From an uncultured archaeon (lineage in GTDB: Archaea; Asgardarchaeota; Thorarchaeia; Thorarchaeales; Thorarchaeaceae): a stretch of 15,403 nt of DNA. The stretch's first letter is position 1. Every line of letters starts with the position of its first letter. The notes under the pieces were generated by a model. The model was not told the DNA's origin, made no database searches, and saw only the letters and a list, made by a program, of their open reading frames with translations. A program made the position numbers and the translations under genes. The stretch covers positions 1-15,403 of the forward strand of contig CAYWJO010000064.1 in the NCBI GenBank assembly GCA_964458565.1, written 5' to 3'. This document shows positions 1-7,362 of this stretch, in pieces.

Positions 1-72
1 TCGCTTCACGGACTCGTCTAAGCGAACACCGTGTAGAAGGCTGGCGCCCTATCCGGGCTAGGCAACGGGCCC
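1..72 (-). tRNA. tRNA-Arg(UCU) with 32-nt BHB intron at 37/38; cut by the window edge (possibly the intact gene)
   Basis: Reverse complement of 72..34 = GGGCCCG TT GCCT AGCCCGGATA GGGC G CCAGC CT TCT A (acceptor 5' strand, D-arm with GG, anticodon stem, U33, anticodon TCT at 37..35, A37). Intron 33..2 = CACGGTGTTCGCTTAGACGAGTCCGTGAAGCG forms a BHB: CTTC/GAAG central helix, 3-nt bulges TA|C and CG|A, outer helix ACGG/CCGT. Confidence 0.9.
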
Positions 73-102
73 TTAGTGCTTCGCATTGCGTTTTTGGTCA
101 TG

Positions 103-126
103 TTTGACTTAAAGAGTCTTCGATAA
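103..126 (-). promoter_or_regulatory. Putative tRNA promoter (BRE + TATA TTTAAG), copy 1
   Basis: 24-mer TTTGACTTAAAGAGTCTTCGATAA is identical in all four repeats; on the minus strand it reads CGAAGACTC-TTTAAG about 35 nt upstream of tRNA G1. Confidence 0.7.
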
Positions 127-370
127 TAATCCATTTTCCCAATTTGGGTTAGCAAACTCAAATCGTTGCGTAGTAAGCAGACTAAAAGTGTGACTTGCAT
201 AGTACCTAGAGTTGCTGGAGTATATGAGCGAGAACACAAGTGTCAGAATGAAGTTGTCATCATCATCTGTGCACTATTTTCTTTCTTCTTCGTAAATTAG
301 TTGCATTATTTTCCATTTTTATCAATCAAGGTACGCATATTTTATTTTAATAATAAAAAAAAAAAAACAG

Positions 371-386
371 TTGAACTTATATTCAA
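371..386 (+). promoter_or_regulatory. Putative TATA box inside a palindrome, TTGAA-CTTATA-TTCAA
   Basis: About 38 nt upstream of ATG 420; identical at 5158-5173; followed by SD-like GGAGTG. Confidence 0.55.
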
Positions 387-419
387 AAGACATTATATTA
401 TCTTGGAGTGTAGTGAGAA

Positions 420-2717
420 ATGAGACGAACCTCTAAGAGAATTGCTGTGTCATTACTATCCGTAGTAATCCTTGTGTCTTTGAACATCACATCGGTATCT
501 GCCAGTTATGAGCAACTTACCGAGATCTCTGCCAACCCAATCAAGGTGATAGGGTCGCAACGTAACTTCACAGAGAACATCATGAATGTATACATCTGGA
601 TAGAAAATTGTCTCGATCAACCAATCATGGTCAAGGGAAACCTATCAGTACCAGATACCTTCGAGCTAGGTCTTGAGCGTGAGAATGGAATCGATTTCGA
701 TAAGGAAGGAAATATTCAGTTCTGGTCAGTGCTAAAGCCGAAGGATGTAAAATCCTCGGAAGAACCATTCAAGCTTGTAACAGATGAGATCTTCTTCATC
801 GAGCCCACTCAATTTCGCATAACTCTAGAATGGGCATATGTCAATGGGAGAGAGATTGATTGGCATAAGGTCACAGAGATCATTTATCCCGCCCGAGATA
901 CAAATTCTGATTCAGGTGATGGTGGACTACTCCGTGCTACCTTTGGTGTAGATTCGGTATCAGTCTCAGGAGAATCGACGAACAGTGACAAGGGTACTCC
1001 AATCCATTTTGTGGTGACATTCATCAACTGGGGAACTACATCTACTGGTACATTATATGTGAACATCAAGATAAGCGAGGACTCAAACTTATACCTTGGT
1101 TTCGATCAAGGTGTCTGGGCTTTCTCTGGGAATGGAAAGAACACTGGGAAATCCTTGCGTGCACCACGTTGGTATGAAGACTTTGTTCTTGGGACATATC
1201 ATCTGTATCTGGGTCCATATCTGACTGACGATGATAGAGGAATCTGGGCTCTCAATGGGATGACCCGAGTGAATGGGACATGTGTTCCGGAACCCTTGGG
1301 ATATAAAGGAACACGGGCAACCTGTTGGAGTGCAACAAAGGGAGCCGGAAATTCGGAGACTGGCACATGGAATTTCAATGTCAATGACACTGGAGATCAT
1401 GACATCTTTGTTGCAACAATAAGGGACAATTACTGGGCAGAGATGAGTTCCTATTCAGATGAAACTGAGTTCTTTGAATTTGCTGTTAATTATCCTATGG
1501 TGATTGGCTATGGGATAGACAACGATAGTGATGAAAGCAGCTTTGCAGACTGGTTTGATTTCACGTTCCATACAAAACATATCGACACATTGACATGGGA
1601 TGATGATGCCATAAACATAGATTCTTCTGATTTGAGACCAGAAGCCAAATTTCGGACTGCTGATTTGCTAGGAAACACACTGGGGATTGGTTCTGCAATG
1701 TGCTCAGCTCATCTTGACAATGGTGATGTGTCTACTCATCCAACAGGAGAAACATTCACCATGAGAGAGAATCATGGATTCGATATTGGATTTATAGGTA
1801 TCCCCAAGATTGGAGTGGGAGGTGTAAATCTTTCAAGAGGCACAGGGGCTGTATGGACAGTTGATGCAGCAATTGCTATCGCCATGGTGAATCCTGAACT
1901 ATCTCTTTATTTCAACCAGACTATAGGGAAGACCATTCATGAATTGACTCACCTCTTCAGTGGTATCCATCTGAATTCCACGGAGCTTGGCTATGCATGT
2001 ATCATGGCTGCAAATAACACACATGGTGATCACACAGGCAAGCACCAACTCAGAATGAGCACATTGACTGAAGGAAATATCTCACTCTCGTACAATCTAT
2101 TACAATTTGCAGGTGCTGCACGTCCCATGACTATTGCCAGTCAGAAATACGGGCAATGGGGTTGTCATGCGTTCTTCATGTTCACATCACCAACTTCTCC
2201 TATACAATACATGGACAACCCAGGTGGACCAAACGAATACTTTTGGGAGTATACCGGATGGTATGATTATTTCAACGTGGCAAATCAACGTAGTATGACC
2301 AATACCACTGCTGACAACAACGATGTCAATGAGTCCTACTATTATGTGGGGTATAAGCTCTATTTCAATTCAACTTTCTGGCCTACAGGATTCGATTCCA
2401 GTTCAACACAGCTGAAAGTGAACTTCAAAATGGAGGTTTCAGCGATAGCAGATAGTATTCAATATCGCTATGCATATGTGCGTCTCCTTGATGATGATAC
2501 TCAAAATCCATCCTCCCTTGGAGAGTGGTCATATGATTTTGCAAACAATGGCGACGTTGAAAAGCACACCGAGGTGAGTTCAGCATTCACTGATACTGAT
2601 ACAACTGTCTGGTTGCTGATTGGGCTTGAGGATGATACTTCGGATGACTATCACCAACAGGTGTATACATGGATAAAATGGATGGACATGCTCTATGAAT
2701 ATGGATATACACCCTAA
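420..2717 (+). CDS. Secreted zinc metalloprotease-like protein (metzincin-type)
   Basis: 765-aa ORF; signal peptide ending VSA; HELTHLFSGIH (three-His metzincin spacing, nt 1938-1970) followed by a CIM Met-turn-like motif (1998-2006). Confidence 0.7.
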   Translation: MRRTSKRIAVSLLSVVILVSLNITSVSASYEQLTEISANPIKVIGSQRNFTENIMNVYIWIENCLDQPIMVKGNLSVPDTFELGLERENGIDFDKEGNIQFWSVLKPKDVKSSEEPFKLVTDEIFFIEPTQFRITLEWAYVNGREIDWHKVTEIIYPARDTNSDSGDGGLLRATFGVDSVSVSGESTNSDKGTPIHFVVTFINWGTTSTGTLYVNIKISEDSNLYLGFDQGVWAFSGNGKNTGKSLRAPRWYEDFVLGTYHLYLGPYLTDDDRGIWALNGMTRVNGTCVPEPLGYKGTRATCWSATKGAGNSETGTWNFNVNDTGDHDIFVATIRDNYWAEMSSYSDETEFFEFAVNYPMVIGYGIDNDSDESSFADWFDFTFHTKHIDTLTWDDDAINIDSSDLRPEAKFRTADLLGNTLGIGSAMCSAHLDNGDVSTHPTGETFTMRENHGFDIGFIGIPKIGVGGVNLSRGTGAVWTVDAAIAIAMVNPELSLYFNQTIGKTIHELTHLFSGIHLNSTELGYACIMAANNTHGDHTGKHQLRMSTLTEGNISLSYNLLQFAGAARPMTIASQKYGQWGCHAFFMFTSPTSPIQYMDNPGGPNEYFWEYTGWYDYFNVANQRSMTNTTADNNDVNESYYYVGYKLYFNSTFWPTGFDSSSTQLKVNFKMEVSAIADSIQYRYAYVRLLDDDTQNPSSLGEWSYDFANNGDVEKHTEVSSAFTDTDTTVWLLIGLEDDTSDDYHQQVYTWIKWMDMLYEYGYTP

Positions 2718-2819
2718 TTCCAAGTTAAGGGTGCATCATCATCAAATCCTTTATCTCGTTTTTATCCGAGATTTTCCAGATGATATTGCCTTTCTAATGC
2801 GAACGGAGATGAAAACGCG

Positions 2820-4718
2820 TTGAGGATTAAATGTGCTATCTTAACCATCGCACTTCTACTTGGAGTACTACTCACAGTTTCAGATTGCACTGGATATCAT
2901 TTTGAGTTTCTTGAATCCGATCAATGTACTTATAGTATGATGGCTTATCAAATCCATCCCAAGTATACTAATGTTTCTGATAGCCTTTTGTACTCAACCC
3001 TCATTGGAGGAAACAGGGACGAATCTATAAGTTCAGTCTGTGTTGTACAAGGTGATGAAGTCTATATTGCAGGACCCACAGGCTCTCTTGATTTTCCCAG
3101 AAATATAGATGAATACGGATATCCGAATGGTAGCTATATGCCTTCGCAATCGGATTGTTTTATTCTAAAGATGAATCATTCAGGGCTTGTCTTCGCTGCA
3201 TTTGTTGGTGGTACTGGAAATGACTATCCATATGATATAGTCTTAGATGGAAAAGGAAACATCTATGTGACTGGTTCTACATGGTCAAGTAATTTTCCAG
3301 CAACAACATCCTTTGGTGACTGGCAAGTTGGGATTGACTGTTTTGTCTTCAAGCTGAGTCCGAATGGTGATAAACTCCTCTATTCAACGGTCATCAGGGG
3401 TAACAATGAAGAGCGTGCTATGGCCATTGATGTTGATGATGCGGGATGTGCCTACATCACAGGTTATACATTCTCACGTGACTTTCCTATGGCAGATGCT
3501 TTAGATGACTCGTACGGCGGAAATAGACTGACTGATTGCTTCATCACAAAGCTGAACCCTACTGGTGATGAGATTCTCTACTCGACATATTTTGGGGGTT
3601 ATGGAGGGGAACAGGGGAACAGTATCTTAGTTAACGAGCAGGGTTATATCTACATAGGGGGATTCACTACCTTTGATATTCCCTTGGTAAATGCGTTCGA
3701 CGACACATATGGAGGTCATCGGGATGGGTTCGTTGCAAAATTGACTCCATCAGGTGATGACGTGGTATTCAGCACCTATCTGGGAGGGTCAGGTCGAGAT
3801 TATGTACAAGACATCGATGTTGATGTAGAAGGGAATGTATATGCTACAGGATATACTGACTCGATTGATTTTCCCTTACATAATGCCTACGACTCCGAAA
3901 TTGATAATGATCAGTGTTTTGTCCTAGGGCTCAACAGTACGGGAAACGGACTTCTGTATAGCACCTATCTGGGTGGTTCAAGTGAAGACATAGGTCAGTC
4001 TATCCGGGTAGATGCGGGTGGTTATACCTATGTGGCAGGAGAGACCAGATCATCAGATTTTCCAACCTTATTGGCGTATGATAACACATCCAATGGAGGT
4101 GTGGACTCTTTTGTTTCTAGGTTTTCTCCTGAAGGTGACAAGCTCATGTACTCTACGTTTGTTGGAGGGTCTGGTAATGATTGGACCCGCGGACTTGCTA
4201 TTGACGAGTATGGAACCGCATATGTGTGTGGGTTCACAATATCTTCAGACTTCCCTCTAGTCAATCCACTTGATTCCGTTCTAAATGGAAGTGATGACGG
4301 TTTCTTGTACAAACTCGCAGACTTTAGTGACAGTGACAATGACACTCTGAGTGAATATCAGGAATCACTCTATGGCACCAATCGTTTTTCAGCTGACACT
4401 GATAATGACACTCTCGGTGATGCAGAAGAGATCTTTCTATATGGTACTTCACCATTGCTTGCTGATAGCGATAATGACACCTACGATGATGCGTGGGAGA
4501 TAAAATACGGATTCAACCCGTTGGACCCACTGGAACCAATGAGGACAATACAGTCACAGCAACTCATTCTGATGAGTGCTGCTGTCATGGTAGTATCCAT
4601 TCTTATTACTGCTGTACTCATACTTTGGCACCGCGCAAGAAGAGCGAGGATGAAAAAGGAAGAACTGGAGTCTGAGGAGAGAGAGGCAATACATGGTCTG
4701 GTAGGTGATGAGAACTAA
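2820..4718 (+). CDS. Membrane-anchored SBBP (beta-propeller) repeat protein with DxDxD Ca-binding-like repeats
   Basis: TTG start; N-terminal hydrophobic signal; about 7 repeats of YSTYLGGSGxD...I.VD..G..YV.G.T.S.DFP; DSDNDTL-type repeats; C-terminal TM followed by a basic then acidic tail. Confidence 0.85.
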   Translation: MRIKCAILTIALLLGVLLTVSDCTGYHFEFLESDQCTYSMMAYQIHPKYTNVSDSLLYSTLIGGNRDESISSVCVVQGDEVYIAGPTGSLDFPRNIDEYGYPNGSYMPSQSDCFILKMNHSGLVFAAFVGGTGNDYPYDIVLDGKGNIYVTGSTWSSNFPATTSFGDWQVGIDCFVFKLSPNGDKLLYSTVIRGNNEERAMAIDVDDAGCAYITGYTFSRDFPMADALDDSYGGNRLTDCFITKLNPTGDEILYSTYFGGYGGEQGNSILVNEQGYIYIGGFTTFDIPLVNAFDDTYGGHRDGFVAKLTPSGDDVVFSTYLGGSGRDYVQDIDVDVEGNVYATGYTDSIDFPLHNAYDSEIDNDQCFVLGLNSTGNGLLYSTYLGGSSEDIGQSIRVDAGGYTYVAGETRSSDFPTLLAYDNTSNGGVDSFVSRFSPEGDKLMYSTFVGGSGNDWTRGLAIDEYGTAYVCGFTISSDFPLVNPLDSVLNGSDDGFLYKLADFSDSDNDTLSEYQESLYGTNRFSADTDNDTLGDAEEIFLYGTSPLLADSDNDTYDDAWEIKYGFNPLDPLEPMRTIQSQQLILMSAAVMVVSILITAVLILWHRARRARMKKEELESEEREAIHGLVGDEN

Positions 4719-4776
4719 GGTATTCAGCTCACCGCTACTAATGTCCGAGGCGTGCAGACTAAAAGTGTGGCACGCA

Positions 4777-4860
4777 CGAACTCCAACTCGCTTCACGGAT
4801 TCGTCTAAACGAACTCCAACTTAGAAGGCTGGCGCCCTATCCGGGCTAGGCAACGGGCCC
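4777..4860 (-). pseudogene. tRNA-Arg(UCU) 5' fragment, chimeric (intronless junction + partial intron + duplicated 3'-exon piece)
   Basis: 5' exon 4860..4822 identical to copy 1; then AGTTGGAGTTCG (4821..4810), 21 nt of intron 3' part (4809..4789), AGTTGGAGTTCG again (4788..4777); no T-loop or acceptor 3' strand follows. Confidence 0.85.
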
Positions 4861-4889
4861 TTGATGTATCGTATAGCGTTTTGCTCTTA

Positions 4890-4913
4890 TTTGACTTAAA
4901 GAGTCTTCGATAA
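4890..4913 (-). promoter_or_regulatory. Putative tRNA promoter, copy 2
   Basis: Same invariant 24-mer as 103-126. Confidence 0.7.
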
Positions 4914-5157
4914 AACAGGCATGACTCACTATTTGGGTTAGCAAACTCAAATCGTTGTGTAGGATGCAGGCTAAAAGTGTGGCTCGTTCAGAATCCAGAG
5001 TTGTCAGGAGTATATGACCGAGAACGCGAGTGTTTGAGTAGAGTTGTCATCATCTGTGGACTATTTTCTTTCTTCTTTGTATATTATTTGCATACTTTTC
5101 CAATCTTGCCCATCAAAACACGCATGCCGTCTTTTACTTTAATAATAAAAAAAACAG

Positions 5158-5173
5158 TTGAACTTATATTCAA
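5158..5173 (+). promoter_or_regulatory. Putative TATA box inside a palindrome, TTGAA-CTTATA-TTCAA
   Basis: Identical to 371-386, at the same distance from the start codon. Confidence 0.55.
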
Positions 5174-5206
5174 GGGATATTATATTATCTTGGAGTGTAG
5201 TGAGGA

Positions 5207-7282
5207 ATGAGACGAAACTCTAGGAAAATATGTGTGCTACTACTTACTGTAGTAGTCTTTGTGTCAATGAATGTCATGTCGGTATCAGCCAGCTCTATAA
5301 GACCTGGTGAAAATGGATTATCTTCTCCTCAGGTTGATGAATCCATTGATTGGGAAATGATTCCCGACCCTCGTGTGGAGGCTGAAGTCTTAGCTCAGGG
5401 TGAAAAGACGCCTCAGAATGTGCCAGACGCTCCGCGATTGTTCTGGGATGAAGACCTTGGTCGCTGTTATATCAGTACAAACATCCCATGGGATATTTTA
5501 CAGGCTGCAGGTATCAGTCTGGAGGGCAGTTCTATTGAAGAGCGAATTCCCAATGCACCAAGATTTGAGGATGTCTATGATAGGATTCAGAGGATACAAT
5601 CGCTTTCAAATGCGAAATATCCGCGTACATTGTTATATGACCCTGTAGTTGTGATCTGGGTCACTGTACCTGCTATATGGAGCACTGGTGAAGATATCGA
5701 GATCAAGTTCAAGATGTTCAATGAGGGGTACCAGACTGCAACCGCATCCTGTCATTTCTATGGCTATGACAATAGTACTGGGTCTGATGAAGTGGAGTTC
5801 AGTGTAAGTGGGTCCGTCAATATACCCGGTGAATCTTATGGATACAAGACACTGACTGTGGAGATTCCTGAGGAATCAGTGGGGATTAAGCGTGGAATTG
5901 CCACAGCAACAGAAGATGCATCCTACAGTGAGGATATGGGATATGTCTTTGTGCAGAAATTTGGTGAGTTGGATGCGAGTGACCTTCCTGAGGATGATAG
6001 GATGTCATATACTTCAGGTAACGATAATTATTACTGGGAGGGTCTATCAGATATAGATGGATTCAATGTTCAGGTAAATTATTCAAGATATCATCCGTAT
6101 GCATGGAATATCACATGGCTTGCTGGTTGCCTGATAGATACTGAAAATGTTTCTACAATTGATAATGCTGCAGAGTACTTGACAAATGCGACAAATCAAA
6201 AGATGACATATGATTCTAAAGATGACGGGATAATAGACTATTCCCATAGTTCACACTGGTCTGACTTCAAGATTATGAGTGAGAACTTTACTGGTGTGTG
6301 TGATGAGTTTGCCTGTCTTGAAGTATCATTCCTTCGAAGTCTGGGTATCCCTTGTAGACAGATCGGTGGTTCAAGACAGGGCGGGGGTCATAGCTGGCTT
6401 GAATATTGGGGTCAGTTGAACGGTGATTGGTCGTGGATTCATGCAGATCCTACATGGAACAAATATAATCTACCAGCTGGTATCAAGAATCTGAACTATA
6501 CGAACATCAATCTCTATTCATACTGGAATGACAGTTCATATTCAGGTGGCACCATAGATGGTAATTCCACCAATAGAAGACTTGTAAAAAATGATGCAAA
6601 ATACAGTGTTTCATATGATGGACCAAATGACTTTGGTTATGCCTTCATAGATATTTGCGAGGACACACTCTCATGGACATACGATGGAAGTTGGCCAAAC
6701 CCAATATTCTCCATTGGAACTGGAACCCTATATACATCTAATGGGTATCTCAGAGCAGTACCAACTAATCAGGACGGTACAGGACCATTCTATTACCGAG
6801 AACTTGACAATGCTCTTGATATCTATGATTTCAGGAAATTAGAAATTGAAGTTTCATTCAATAATCCCTCTGACTCGTACAAGGGGTGTTTCGCTGTTGC
6901 ACTCTATGACTACTATAAGGAATTCATCTGCTATGTTATTCTCTATGAGTGGAGGGGTGCTCAAGTTGATATGGACTTCTATACAAGATGGTATCTTGAT
7001 AATGGCACAACCAGCAACTATAACGAGTTTGACTATCAGGGAGCCTCATGGCGAGGGATCATCGAGATATACCGAAACGAGACAAGTGGACCCTATGGTA
7101 ACTATTCTGGAGGAATATGGTCATATATCGAGGGATTTGGATATCAGCAGCTCTTCTCAGAATCGGATATTCAGGGTGACCAACGAGAGATCTGTTATAT
7201 TGGCATCCAGTGGAGAAGAGGTTCGGATACATTTCTGAATTACTATCTTCATGATGTTAGGGTATGGGAGTTCACCAGATGA
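5207..7282 (+). CDS. Secreted transglutaminase-like (Cys-His-Asp) domain protein
   Basis: 691 aa; signal peptide; GVCDEFA...LRSLGIPCR...GHSWLE...WIHADPTW (Cys codon 6299, Asp codon 6446) matches the transglutaminase-like core pattern. Confidence 0.85.
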   Translation: MRRNSRKICVLLLTVVVFVSMNVMSVSASSIRPGENGLSSPQVDESIDWEMIPDPRVEAEVLAQGEKTPQNVPDAPRLFWDEDLGRCYISTNIPWDILQAAGISLEGSSIEERIPNAPRFEDVYDRIQRIQSLSNAKYPRTLLYDPVVVIWVTVPAIWSTGEDIEIKFKMFNEGYQTATASCHFYGYDNSTGSDEVEFSVSGSVNIPGESYGYKTLTVEIPEESVGIKRGIATATEDASYSEDMGYVFVQKFGELDASDLPEDDRMSYTSGNDNYYWEGLSDIDGFNVQVNYSRYHPYAWNITWLAGCLIDTENVSTIDNAAEYLTNATNQKMTYDSKDDGIIDYSHSSHWSDFKIMSENFTGVCDEFACLEVSFLRSLGIPCRQIGGSRQGGGHSWLEYWGQLNGDWSWIHADPTWNKYNLPAGIKNLNYTNINLYSYWNDSSYSGGTIDGNSTNRRLVKNDAKYSVSYDGPNDFGYAFIDICEDTLSWTYDGSWPNPIFSIGTGTLYTSNGYLRAVPTNQDGTGPFYYRELDNALDIYDFRKLEIEVSFNNPSDSYKGCFAVALYDYYKEFICYVILYEWRGAQVDMDFYTRWYLDNGTTSNYNEFDYQGASWRGIIEIYRNETSGPYGNYSGGIWSYIEGFGYQQLFSESDIQGDQREICYIGIQWRRGSDTFLNYYLHDVRVWEFTR

Positions 7283-7362
7283 TTTCACAAAGACGTAGAT
7301 TCCTCATTATTGGAGGAATATCTCACATCCACTTGTGATAAATTCTAAATACAAGTCATGAA

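Larger units (their letters stand above)
1..505 (+). repeat. Long imperfect direct repeat (tRNA fragment + intergenic leader + signal peptide), homologous to ~4788-5292
   Basis: Collinear shared blocks, e.g. ATTTGGGTTAGCAAACTCAAATCGTTG, GGAGTATATGA, CTATTTTCTTTCTTCTT, AAAACAGTTGAACTTATATTCAA, TTATATTATCTTGGAGTGTAGTGAG, ATGAGACGAA. Confidence 0.9.
73..4776. mobile_element. Cassette A: putative non-autonomous tRNA-integrated element (metalloprotease + SBBP protein)
   Basis: Bounded by direct tRNA-Arg repeats; identical 16-mer GCAGACTAAAAGTGTG near both ends (177-192, 4754-4769); no recombinase gene. Exact boundaries depend on the unknown crossover point. Confidence 0.6.
4788..5292 (+). repeat. 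Second copy of the long leader/signal-peptide repeat (see 1-505)
   Basis: Collinear similarity up to the SVSAS codons, after which the two ORFs diverge. Confidence 0.9.

Noticed and set aside
18-239. 73-aa minus-strand ORF
   Set aside because: Overlaps the tRNA and its promoter; the frame is not kept in other repeat copies.
4977-5210. 77-aa ORF in the leader repeat
   Set aside because: No equivalent ORF is called in the homologous region of cassette A; it overlaps the promoter.
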